64,000 bases of DNA from Squalus acanthias (GCA_030390025.1 CM059432.1:61692001-61756000); one strand, 5' to 3'. Counted from the stretch's first letter, positions 49,159-61,046 are shown. The notes: generated by a model not told the origin, from the letters alone. Numbers and translations are program-made.

Positions 49159-51756
49159 CTAATTCATAGCCCTTTTAATTCCTCACAATTCCTTGCGAAC
49201 TCCATAGCCTTTCTCCCAGCGGCTGTTAGAGGCTGGACGCCACTTCAGGACGGGCACTTCAAGTTCCATGCCTGCACAACGCCACCAGGAGGGCATTGCA
49301 CAGTAAATTAGGGCTGGGCTAAAATCTTTAGCCCCCCAGACGAATTTTTCTCCGATAGCGCTTTGTCCATTTTCAGCGGCCGTTAACCCGAGTTGCCGGT
49401 GATACCGGCAACTCTCATGGTGGCCACAAATTTTTCCCCCACTCTCTCTTGTTGGAGATGGTCATTGCCTGGCACTTGTATGGTGCAAATGTTACTTTCC
49501 ACTTAGCAGTCCAAGCCTGGATGTTGCCCAGGTCTTGCTGCATGTGGGCACGGACTGCTTTGTTGTCTGAGGAATTGCGAATGGAACTGAACACTGCAAT
49601 CATCAGCAAACATCCCCACTACTGACCTTAAGATGGAGGGAAGGTCATTGATGAAGCAGCTGAAGATGGTTGAGCCTAGGACATTGCCCTGAGGAACTCC
49701 TGCAGCGATGTCATGGGGCTGAGATGATTGTCCTCCAACAACCACAACCATCTTCCTTTGTACTAGGTATGATTCCAGCCAGTGGAGAGTCTTTCCCCTG
49801 ATTCCCATTGACTTCAATTTTACTAGGGCTCCTTGATGGCACACTCAGTCAAATGCTGCCTTGATGCCAAGGGCAGTCACTCTCCCCTCACCTCTGGAAT
49901 TCAGCTCTTTTTTCCTGATTGGACAAAGACTATAATGAGATCTGGAGCCGAGTAGTCCTGCCGGAACCCAAACTGAGCATCGGTGAGCAGGTTATTGGTG
50001 AGTAAGTGCCGCTTGATAGCACTGTCAATGGCATCTTCCATCACTTTGCCGATGGGGCGGATTGGATTTGTCCTGCTTTTTGTGGACAGGACTACAGGGG
50101 CAATTTTCCACTTTGACGGGTAGATGCTAGTGTTGTAGCTGTACTGGAACAGCTTGGCTAGAGGCGCGGCTAGTTCTGGAGCACAAGTCTTCAGCACGAC
50201 AGCCCATAGCCTGTGCTGTATCCAGTGCGCTCAGCCGTTTCTTAAAACCGCATGGAGCAAATCAAATTAGCTGAAGGCTGGCATCTATGATGATTGGTGT
50301 CTTGGGAGGAGGCTGAAATGGATCATCCACTTGGCACTTCTGGCGGAAGATGGTTGTGAACGCTTCAGTCTTGACCTTTGCACTCACGTGCTGGGTTCTG
50401 CCATCGTTGAGGATGGGGATGTTCATGGACCCTCCTTCTCCCATTAGTTGTTTAATTGTCCACCACCATTCACGACTGGATGTGGCAGGACTGCAGAGCT
50501 TTGATCTGATCCATTGATTGTAGGATCGCTTAGCTCTGACTATAGCATCCTGCTTTAACTGTATGTAGTCCTGTGTTGTAGCTTCACCAAGTTGGGACCT
50601 CATTTTCAGGTATGACTGGTGCTGCTCCTGGCATGCTCTTCTGAACTCCTCATTGAACAAGGGTTGGTCCGCCTGGCTTGATGGTAATGGTAGAGTGAGG
50701 AATATGCCAGGTCATGAGTTTACCAATTGTGTTGGAATACAATTCTGCTGCTGATGATGACCCACAGCGCCTCATGGATGCCCAGTTTTGAGCTGCTAGA
50801 TCTGTTCTGAATCTGTCCTCTTTAGCACGGTGGTAGTGCCACACAACACGATGGAGGATGTCCTCAGTGTGGAGACGGGACTTCGTCTCCACAAGGACTG
50901 TGAGGTAGTCACTCTTACCAATATTGTCATGGACAGATGCATCTGCGACAGGTGGATTGGTGAGTACGAGGTCAGGTATGTTTTTCCCTCACGTCGGATC
51001 TCTCACCACCTGCTGCAGGCCCAATCTGTCAGCTATGTCCTTCAGGACTCGGCCAGCTCGGTCAGCAGTGGTGCTACTGAGCCACTCTTGGTGATGGACA
51101 TTGAAGTCCCCCATCCAGAGTACGTTCTGTGCCCCTGCTACCCTCAGTGCTTCCTCCAAATGCTGTTCAACATGGAGGAGTACTGATTCATCAATTGAGG
51201 GAGGGTGGTAGGTGGCAACTAACAGGAGGTTTCCTTGCCCATATTTGACCTGATGTCATGAGACTTCATGGGGCCCAGAGTCAGTGTTGAGGACTCCCAG
51301 GGCCACTCCCTCCCGACTGTGTACCACTGTGCTGCCACCTCTGATCGGTCCCTCCTGCTGGTGGGACAGAACAGGGATGGTGATGGAGGAGTCAGGGACG
51401 TTGGGTGATAGGTATGATTCTATGAGTATGATTATATCAGGCTGTAGAATTTGTAGAAATGGGTTTATGGTGCGGTGCAGTTTTTAAATTTGCATCTCTT
51501 TGCTGTCATTGAATTGTTTGTTTTTGAAAATGTCAACATGAGATGGAAGTTTGCATTGACATTTTGATATATTCTGAGAACCAGGAAAAGCATGTTGGAT
51601 GAAATGAGTTCATCATTTTATTTTTGATTTTTGAGGAGCTACCACAAATTGGATGGCATAAGTTTTCAATGCTATTCGTGTTTTCAAAGACAGTTGAATA
51701 TTAATGAGTCCTTTTCAGTTGCAAGAAGAATCCAATTTCTAGTTTGTGTTTTACAG

Positions 51757-51862
51757 AAAAAAGTGACACTAAACACTTTTCTGGACACCTTGATGTCCGA
51801 TCCTCCACCACAATGTCTTGTCTGGCTGCCACTCATGCATCGCCTTGCAAACGTTGAAAATG
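51757..51862 (+). CDS. DTNA: Dystrobrevin alpha, internal coding exon D (106 nt)
   Basis: TTTTACAG acceptor, GTAAGT donor at 51863. Encodes [35 protein letters not shown]. Confidence 0.96.
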
Positions 51863-51924
51863 GTAAGTTATGAACAATTTAGCACAATTCTTCCTTACAA
51901 TACTGGCTGCTTTTTTCTTTTATA

Positions 51925-52170
51925 TTTTTCTCTTCTGAAGGTAATGACTCACTCTGAGATTACAGCTTTCATGAGCACTGGTGGCCCTCTGGTACCTCAG
52001 CCAATCAGGGGCCTCGTAGCCCGTTCCTGCCCTCATCCCAAGTCCTCCCACAAGCACTTTCCAGCAGGAATCACCAAATAGTGATCAGGAGCACAGGGAA
52101 ACTTGGGTCAATTGTAATGCCTCAGATAACTCAGCAAAGAACAGGGCTAACAAGTGACCTTCCTGGCATG
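51925..52170 (-). mobile_element. Old SINE fragment (family of 63622-64000)
   Basis: TTCTC..CTGAAGGT start and CACTTTCCAGCAGG...TCAC motif shared with 32700-33000. Confidence 0.4.
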
Positions 52171-53085
52171 TGTAGTTCAAAAACAACTTGCATCTCTCCT
52201 TGCATACCAAAAAACTTCTCAAACTTCTTTATAGAGTGAAGGTTCGGCTCCATACTGGGAATTTACCAAGTGTGCCACTTCTACTTTTAAAAATGGTACT
52301 CTGCTCAGTAAAATCTGGCAGTGAAGAGGAAGATGCCCCAAAAAGAAGTGCTCCTCCAGGCTCCACCAGCTGGCGCACTGGAGCCCCCCATGCTATTTCC
52401 CCCCCCACCCCTCCATCCAAGGATCTACATCCCTGCTGACCGGTTCAGCCTCCGAGCTTCCCAATATTGTGGAGGCCTGGAGCTGACAAATTGCAGGGGA
52501 GTGCCTTTTTGGGGCGTGCAGCTTGCAGCGGCATGTTAATGGGCCTGGCCCTCGACCTAGTCCAGCTGGAGGGATCGTGCTGCTGGCTTGCCCACTTCAC
52601 TGGCCAGCTGCCCAATAATTAAAATCTACCACACAATATTTTTGTCAGGAGCAGTGAGATAGGAGTGTTGGAGGCCAGATAGCCCTATAGCTCAAAATCA
52701 TGGCATATATATTAATAGATGAACCCTAAAGTAAAAAAAAATGCACTCCATCCGTCTTGTAAATTTCTACGGTCAAGTATTTCCGAGTGCCAGTCTATAA
52801 GTTGAAGGATACAGTGGGAGGCTAGCACTAAGTTGTTCCTGTATCTAGAGCATCACTTTGTAAGTAGTGCAACAAGGGGTCTTGCGAGTGTCAAGATTTG
52901 CAGGAAATCACCCTCACAGGACAATTTGAAAACTATTGCTATCGAGAATGAATATATTCTTTCATCAAAGTACTTGTAATACTTCAAATATACAGTATAT
53001 ATGCAAAATAAAATATGACTGAAAGCAATAATAACAGTGCAAAGTAAAAATAACCTAGATGCTTTTGTGTGTTCCGAATACACAG

Positions 53086-53252
53086 TCTTCCACCCTGTTG
53101 AGTGTTCCTACTGCCACAGTGAGAGCATGATGGGTTTTCGATATCGTTGCCAGCAGTGTCACAATTACCAGCTCTGTCAGGACTGCTTTTGGAGAGGCCA
53201 TGCAAGTGGTTCTCATAGCAACCAGCACCAAATGAAAGAATACACATCTTGG
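53086..53252 (+). CDS. DTNA: Dystrobrevin alpha, internal coding exon E (167 nt, ZZ-type zinc finger)
   Basis: CACAG acceptor, GTAAGA donor at 53253. Encodes [56 protein letters not shown] (ZZ domain Cys/His pattern). Confidence 0.97.
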
Positions 53253-53449
53253 GTAAGAAGCACATAAATTTATTGGGTATGAGAGCAAAAGGTGCATCTA
53301 TATATATACAACATAACAATAATACAATTTGTTTAATTTATAAACAATATATTACAGCCCTGTATAGTATAAATTGTAATCATTTCATTCAATTTACTTT
53401 TTCTTTAGGTTGGTGAGTGGGGGTGGGGGGGGTGTTGGAGAGAAATAGT

Positions 53450-53727
53450 GGCCCGTATTTTGTGGTAAGAATAACGGTGAGGCTATCAGCGCTCAATGTT
53501 ATTATGGTGTAAAATGGACAGTCTCAACATTGATTTCTGGGCAGATTCTAATGGTGAAGACTGCAACAGCGCACCCTGTGGAGGAGCAGGGTATCACTGA
53601 TGGCAACTTCCAGATTTCTGCGTTTAACTGCTCATGTGCTGACGCCGGAAGTTGCTGTCAGTTTAACCCAGTAATAAGGACGAGCGCTGACAGCCCCGCC
53701 TTTATTAGTACAGCAAAATGTCAGGCC
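53450..53727. mobile_element. Palindromic Harbinger-like MITE
   Basis: GGCCCGTATTTTG...GGCTATCAGCGCTC pairs with GAGCGCTGACAGCC...CAAAATGTCAGGCC. Confidence 0.65.
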
Positions 53728-54036
53728 ATTTTCCTTAAACAAGCTTTGCTAAAAAATTACAGGATCAAAATACCAAATTTTCGGCTGAGCTTTTGTACCA
53801 AGTAAAATTAATTAATCTATAAGAATGCGGGGGGTGGGGGGGGGGAGCAAAGGTGAGAGTTAGTTGAACGGCTTAAGAGAAATTATATTCTGTAGATGAA
53901 CTCTCTATGTGCACTGTACTCAAATGATCCTTTATGAAATGATAATTTATAATTTCACTGTTCACCGCTACAGGCAGGAAAAGTTCTAATGTTACAATTG
54001 CTCCTTTTTATTACACAACTTTTTTGGTGAAGCATT

Positions 54037-55485
54037 GGCCCTTTTTTTGCGGTTGTAATGACGGCGAAGCTGTCAGCGTTCGCCATCATTTCCCTGTGAA
54101 ATTGACAGCAACTTCTAGTGTCTGCGCACTTAAACACAGAAATCAGGAAGTTGCTGTTTGATTTGTCCTGCTCCTCTACAAGCTTCAATACACCGGTACC
54201 TCGTCGAGAGACACACCATTAAAACACATGAAGGGCGTGAGGTTGCTGTACTTACCCACTAGTTACCCACTAAACATGCCAGAAAATGTTAGCGCTGGTG
54301 CATTCAGGTGTAAGTGATTTTTTTAATGGCATGATACGTCTTAATTACTGCCAGACAACCTCTCTGGCACTGAAAATTAACTTTTACAAGTGTGGAGTCT
54401 TATTCCTTCAGATTTAATTATTGTTGGAGATTTAAAAAAAATAATAAATGAAAATAAACTTTTTTTTCTTTTCCTTTCTCTTTTATTCCCATCTTTCTTT
54501 CCCTCTCTTTATTTCGCTTTCTGTACATTATTTTACATTGAATTAAATATTCTAACTTACAGTTTCTGGTTTAGAATCTGTGGGCAGGATTTTAACTTGA
54601 AGGCGGGTCGGGAGCGGGGAGGCTGTATTGCGGTCGGGGAGGACGGGTGTCCTTCAGACCCTGCTGAATTTAACGGCAAGGCTAGATTAGCATTTTTTTT
54701 CTCTGTTTCCCCCCCCCCCCCCCCCACAGCCAGCCATATTGGGAGGCTGGCTGGCTGTCGGGTGGGTAGGCCTGTGGCACCAGGCCGCAGCCGGGAAGGA
54801 GGGAGGGATCGGAGGCTGGGATTGGCAGGGAGGCTGGTGGGGGGTGGGGGATATGTCGGAAGGTCGGGCTCGGGGGTGGGGGGGTCGGAAGGCCGGGATC
54901 AGTGGGGGACGTGCGATGGAGATTGGTGGGGGGGGGGTTCAGTAGGCCGGGATCGGAGGGCAGGAGGGGGGGTCGGGGGCCGGGGATCGGAGTTCGGAAG
55001 AGGGAGGTCAGGGATCGGAGGCCAGAGGTGGGATCAGAGGCTGGGGGTTGGAGGCCGGAGAGGGGGGGTCGGGAATTGGAAGCCAGAAGGGGTTCATGGG
55101 CCGGGGTTCAGAGGTTGGAGGTGGTAAGTCGCAGACTTGGAATTGGAGGCCAGAGAGGGGCCGGGGATCAGAAGGTTGGAAGGTGGATTGGAGGTTCAGA
55201 TTTCTATCACTTTAATCTCCCACCTGACCCAAACTCGCCCATTTTATGTGGTTAAATTCCCCCTGTGTGTTTCAGTGAGGATTCTTCAATCTGATTGGTT
55301 GAAGATACACGCTGTTGCTTGCTCTATTCACACAGGTCCCAGATCTCCTGTAGTGGGCGCCGCACTGTATCAGACTCCTGATGACAGAAAGTTGCACGCA
55401 AAAGCCCATGAAAAGTCTGTGGGCAGCTGTATACGTAATGAACGGCGAGTGCCATTTGTTCGCCGCTGACCATAAAATCCGGGCC
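54037..55485. mobile_element. Harbinger-like element (related to 53450-53727) with nested MITE
   Basis: Ends GGCCCTTTTTTTG ... ATAAAATCCGGGCC; flanks ATT / ATA. Confidence 0.6.
54582..55263. mobile_element. Harbinger MITE with G-rich interior
   Basis: Ends GGGCAGGATTTTAAC ... GTTAAATTCCCCC, TSD TGT. Confidence 0.7.
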
Positions 55486-56329
55486 ATAAGTTTTCTCTTT
55501 GTAGTATAGCCTCTGGTTATTTGCCCCAAATAAATTTGAAATACTTCTTGAAGGTACAGGTTACATTTGATCTATTGGAATTATCTGTTCCAGTTTTGTA
55601 TGCAGCATTTCTCTCTTGTAATACTATTCTTTATCAGAATTTGATTCATAACAATTCAAGCTTTTAGCCTTGCAGATTGAATTCAAAGTCATTGCTCTGG
55701 ATTACAAATTTATGAATTTATTACTTGTAGTTAGAGTACAGGTAAAAGTGTCCAAAAATCAAGTATTGTAAGATCTGTCTTAAAAATACACAACCTCTAT
55801 ATCACCAGACATTAATAATTTAGATGTGTATTTCAGTAAAGTGAATATAATTCATACTGACAGTGTTATTTCCCAGTAATCAAACATTAAGTTATCACTC
55901 AGTAAAGCTGCAGTGATTATGTAATACGAAGCAATATGCACATCATCATGCATCAACACACTGGTCATTGACTTTACTCTCGCAATTTCTATCACCTGAA
56001 CCAATGATCAGTTTACTGGGAAGATTTTGATCTTGCTTTCTCAGTGGCAGCAGTGGCAGTGAGAATTGGTATCAAGAACCTTATTCTTCTAGGTGACATG
56101 ATGCTAACCATTTTAAAAATGTATTTATTTTTGTTTTACCATAATACATTCTTTCTAGTCACCCAAGTGAGAACCAGCAAAATTCACATATGCAGAAAAA
56201 CTCAATTTAAATGTCAGTTGAGGTTGACATTTTACCCTGATCCTCCAAGCGTGAATAGTGAGTTTTACTCTGCTCCAAGAAGTATCGTATCAGAAAAAAA
56301 CTTTTTTGTGCGTCCACCAAGCCAAATAT

Positions 56330-58330
56330 AGAGGGGAAGCAAAAAAAAGAAGGAAATTAGAAAGGCTAAGAGAAGGTATGAAGAAAGACTGGCAGGTAAC
56401 AAAGGGAAACAGTAAATAGTTTTACAAACAAATAAAAAGAAAAATTCAAGAAACGACAGGGCCAATTAGAGATCAATAAGGAAAGCTTGTGGAGCAATGG
56501 CAGAGATACTAAATGAGTACTTTGCGTCATATTTCACAGAAGAATATGATAGTGGATATGAAAAGGTACAAGTGGATGAGGTAGAGCAATTATGTAGGGT
56601 AACTAGACAAAGAAGTAGTACTGAAAAAATTGGTTGAATTCAAATTGGAAAAGAACCAGGCCTTGATGGCATTACTCCAAGAGTGTTGAAGGAAGTCAGA
56701 GAGGAAATAGAAGAGGCAGTGACTACAACCTTTCAGACATCCTTAGATTATGCCGATGTGGTAAGCTTCTAGAGAGCATAATACGGAATAAAATTAATAT
56801 TCATCTTGAAAGAATTAGGTTAATTAAGGACAGCCAGCATGGATTTGTAAAAGGAAATGCAGTGTATATAAGGTGTTCCCTAGGGGTCAGTGTTGGACCA
56901 CTATTCCACTCAAAATATATTAAAGACCTGGGGCTGGATTTTGATACTGGGGCGGGTTGGGGTCGTGTCATTCGCATTTCGTGTTATCCACCCAACTGCA
57001 ATTGGATGTGGGAGATTGATGCAATTTTCACCTAATTGGGCAATTGAGTTCCAACATGTGGGAACCCATGAACCAATTAGTGGTTTCAGTCTGAAAGTCG
57101 CCTCTGATGATGTCATCATTGCTGCTGCATTGAAGGTCTTCAGAGACTGCCTGGCATTTGGTGTGAGTGGACCTGGATGCAAAATGAGCAGCAGCTCAGA
57201 GAGAGAGAGAGAGAATGAGAATTTTTTTTGCATCCAGGCAGTCTCTGAAGACATTCGCAGCAGCATCAGAGGCGACTTTCAGACCTAATACTACTACTAC
57301 CTTCATCACATCTCCGTTGTAATAATGGACCTGCAGCTGATAGTCAGCTATCCACTTGTGCTCCCGCCAGGTTTCACTGGCGTGTTTCACATCAGGCGTG
57401 CTTCACGTCGGAAAAGGGTTAAACTAGCTAAAACGTTTCAAAATGGCATTACAGAGCCAATTTAGGGCTTGTTAAGGGCTTTAATGGCGCCTCCCACCTC
57501 TTGGAGGCGGGACGGAGTCGGGAACACCGCACACGAATTTATCAAAATTGCGTGGAGGCGGGATCAGGTCCGCCCGCCACTTTTCGCAATTTTAACCCCC
57601 CACACGCCTCCAAACCCGCCTCCACGGCCCTATGAAAATCCAGCCCCTGGACTTGGTTATAGGGGGTACAATATTAAAATGAGCAGATAATAGAAAGATA
57701 GTGTGGCTAACTGTAAGGATGACAGTAAGTAACTTTAGGAGGACATAGCACAAGATTAGGCAGGAGATGTCAGATGAAACTTAATGTGGAGAAATGTTAG
57801 GCAATACATTCTGAGAGGAAGAATAAGAGGAAATATATGCTAAATGGTAAAACTTTTAAAAGGAGTAGAGGAGCAGAGTGACCTGGGGATTCAGATACAC
57901 AAATCTTTAAAAGTGGGAAGACAAGTGATAATGCTCTAAAAAGGCATATGGGATCCTAAGCTTTATATATAGGGGCACAATTGAATTGAAACTCGAAAAA
58001 CTGGAGCTCTTTTCATTCGAATAGAGAAGATTAAGAGGAGATCTAATAGTGGTGTTCAAAATTGAGAGGTATTGACAAAGTAAATTGGGAATTTGATTAT
58101 GCAGAGGGTTGTTAGGATGTGGAATGCCCTACCAGAAACAGTGGTGGAAGCAGAATACATTGTAGTTTTTAAAGCGAAAGTGGATAAATATTTGAAAAAT
58201 AAAAAATTAAACGGGTATCAGAAGAAGGTAGGAGAAATGGAAATACGTGGATAACACTTTCAGAGATCCAGTACAGGCTCAATGAGTCAACTAGACTCTT
58301 TCTGTACTGTATAGTGCTATGATTCTATAA
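56330..58330 (+). mobile_element. Old, heavily deleted CR1 LINE interrupted by a MITE
   Basis: ATACTAAATGAGTACTTTGC, CAGCATGGATTTGT, GGTGTTCCCTAGGGGTCAGTGTTGGACCA, GTGGAATGCCCTACC; tail CTATGATTCTAT. Confidence 0.75.
56931..57646. mobile_element. PIF/Harbinger MITE (716 bp)
   Basis: Perfect TIR GGGCTGGATTTT / AAAATCCAGCCC, TSD CTG; host CR1 rejoins as GACCTG|GACTTGG; same family as 26552-27178. Confidence 0.92.
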
Positions 58331-58379
58331 CTCCCCGTTTAATCTAGTGAATTTTATTTTTTCCTCCCCTTGCTCTGTT

Positions 58380-58700
58380 CTCCTCTTCCATCCTGAATCC
58401 ACACTGAAGAGTGAAACCTCAGTCTGTATGTTGGCTATTCAACTATTGGGGGTATTTCACCTGAGATTAATCCTGTGCCCACCTGATGCATAGGTTCCGA
58501 AGTCATTGGATAGCAATTGGGAATGGACACCTTGGCTGACTATATTTCCTCCCTCCCAGGAACACCGAGACCAATTATAGCACCCGCAACTGCTATCCTG
58601 CTTGAGATCAGAGAACTAATGCACAGACTAGGATCAAACCTGTGCTCTTCTAGTTTAAATGGCTCAGTATCAATTGCTGTGATGCTTTAACCCATTAATC
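58380..58700 (-). mobile_element. Old SINE fragment (family of 63622-64000)
   Basis: Contains ACTAGGATCAAACCTG and GGCTCAGTATCA, the reverse complement of the head region at 63622-63700. Confidence 0.45.
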
Positions 58701-59179
58701 AATTTCGGAAGCCTGGTAATATTTTTCTGCCTATTGGAGTAACCATAAAAAACTCAAATTCAATTAATTTATTCACCTCGTTGTTTAATTTTCTCCACTA
58801 CGTCATGTGGATTAATCAAAATTCCTTGTTCTTTTATCTGCTAATATTAGCATTTCTGATAGTGTAAGAGAACAGTTTTTCTGTTCCTTATACAAATCAA
58901 ACTCACATCATTTAGCATTATGAAATAAAACCTTCAAATAGGCCCCCCTTCAGTCTAGTGGGTGCAGCTATGGTACAAATAATGGTGACAAAATGTGGTA
59001 TAGTATATCTTCAGACAGAAATTGGTTTTATACTGCTTCACTAGTGATTTGGAAGATCACTGGGTACCCACATGATATTTTAATAGAATTCTTCCAAAGA
59101 TTAAATTTTGTTAAAATCGAGATGCCAAGTAAAAGTAAATCCATTCAGTCACAGCATTCATTTTCCTTTTGTGAATTTA

Positions 59180-60300
59180 CAATAGGAACAGGTGTAGCCC
59201 ATTTAGCCCATCGAGCCTGTTCCGCCATTCAATTAGATCGTGGCTGATCTATATCTTAACTCCACCTACCCACCTTCGTTCCGTATCCCTTAATGCCCTT
59301 GCCTAACAAAAATCTATCAATTTCAGTTTTGAAATTTTCAATCAACCAGCCTCAACAGCTTTTTGGGGGAGAGAGTTACAGATTTCCACCGGTGTTTGTG
59401 TGAAAAAGTGCTTCCTGACATCACCCCTGAGCGGCCTAGCTCTAATTTTAAGGTTATGCCCCCTTGTGCTGGACTCCCCTACCAGCGGAAATAGTTTCTC
59501 TCTGTCTACCCTATCAACTCCTTTCGTCACCTTAAATACCTCAATTAGCTCATCTTCTATACTCAAGGGAATACAAGCCTAGTCTATGCAACCTGTTCTC
59601 ATCATTTAACCCTTTTAGCCCCGGTATAATTCTGGTGAATCTGCGCTGCACCCCCTCCAAGGCCAATATATCCTTCCTGAGGTGCGGTACCCAGAACTGA
59701 ATGCAATAGTCAAGAAGCAGTCTAACCAGAGCTTTATGCAACCGTAACATAACTTCCAATCCTTTGTATTCCAGACCCTTTGAGATAAAGGCCAACATTC
59801 CATTAGCCTCTTTAATAATTTTTTGTACCCGTCCACTGGCTTTTATTCTGTACTTGGATCCCTAAATCTCTCTGCTTCTCCACAGTTCCTCGCTTCTCAC
59901 CATTTAGAAAATACACTGATCTATCTTTTTTAGGTGAATTCTTTGTATTTATACAAAAATGCAGATGACACATATGAATGTGCTTCCATAAGCTGATAAT
60001 GCTATGGTATTGCTAGATGACCTCACACTTCCCCAAATTGAACTCCATCTGCCACAGTTTTGCCCACTCACTTACTCTATAAATATCCCTTTGCAACTTT
60101 CTGCTCCCACCTACACTATTTATTGTGCCACCTAACTTGGTGTCATCAGCAAACTAGAGCTCTCTATTCGTTCATCTAGGTCATTTATAAATATAGTGAA
60201 AAGCTGAGGCCCCAGACCCCGGGGACACCAATAGTCACATCCTGTCAATTTGAGAACATACCCATTATCCCTGCTCTCTGTCTCCTACCTCAAAAGCAAT
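59180..60300 (-). mobile_element. CR1 LINE 3' fragment
   Basis: Minus ORFs LAFISKGLEYK...LDYCIQFWVPHLRKDILALEGVQRRFTR and REKLFPLVGESSTRGH...HFFTQ. Confidence 0.85.
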
Positions 60301-60921
60301 TCCTTACCTGAGCAATAGAACGGGATTAGTCTAGGTACTCCGTGTGGAGAAAGAACATTGGCACAGACTTAATGGGCTGAAAGGCTTGCTTATGTGCTGT
60401 AGCAATTTATCATTCTGTAAAATTAACAATGAAACTTAATGGAAAGAGAAGCTAATAATGAAGTAGGGATGCGACAATTGTTTTTTCTTTCAAGAATTAG
60501 AGCCATTTAATGAAGTATCATGGCATCCATTGCTTACTTCTGACTTTTCGCATCATGGATTAATCTTGGACACCAAATGCTGGAACTCAGCAACTGTGTC
60601 CAGGTGGATGGATGCGTTGTGGTAACAATAGCAAAACCATATTGCTCATGCCAAGTAAATGCTGAGAATAATGCATCTTGTTTAATAGCAAATTTACTTC
60701 AATAGAGAGCAGCAGTGATGTTGTGTCGTAGAAAAGTTTATAACTTGTTGTCCTATCCTTTTAGATAAAGGAGACTATGTGCAGTCAAGATTTTCTGAAG
60801 GAGAGAGGAAATGATAAAAAAAAATTAAAAGGCACAATGTAAAATTTCTTATTTTAGAAACTGTAGTACTGTTTTAATATCTTGATACTTTACCTATCCT
60901 TATTCCCATCCTTATTCCCAG

Positions 60922-61046
60922 AAATCCCCTGCAAAGAAGCTAACTAATGCACTTAGCAAGTCCTTAAGCTGTGCTTCCAGTCGTGAGCCTTTGCACCCAA
61001 TGTTCCCTGACCAGCCTGAAAAACCGCTAAACCTGGCCCACATTGT
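60922..61046 (+). CDS. DTNA: Dystrobrevin alpha, internal coding exon F (125 nt)
   Basis: TTCCCAG acceptor, GTAAGT donor at 61047. Encodes [42 protein letters not shown], which matches DTNA rather than DTNB as I recall them; this is the basis for the alpha paralog call. Confidence 0.95.

Larger units (their letters stand above)
44534..49440 (-). mobile_element. PIF/Harbinger element with Myb-like remnant, containing a nested CR1
   Basis: Ends GGGCTAAAAATTTG ... CAAATTTTTCCCCC, TSD ACT; minus ORF 45043-45438 (APRV...WDHFTEAVTASSVAPTTWLQCPKKLQDL) is Myb-like. Confidence 0.8.
43835..51445 (-). mobile_element. LINE family B copy 3 (pieces 43835-44533 and 49441-51445), split by a Harbinger insertion
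   Basis: Pieces rejoin as GGTGGTTAGACT|CTCTCTTGTTGGAGATGG, matching the uninterrupted copy at ~35557-35590. Confidence 0.9.

Noticed and set aside
54390..55255. Gly/Arg-rich 245-aa ORF as an RGG protein
   Set aside because: By-product of a G-rich MITE interior; crosses element boundaries.
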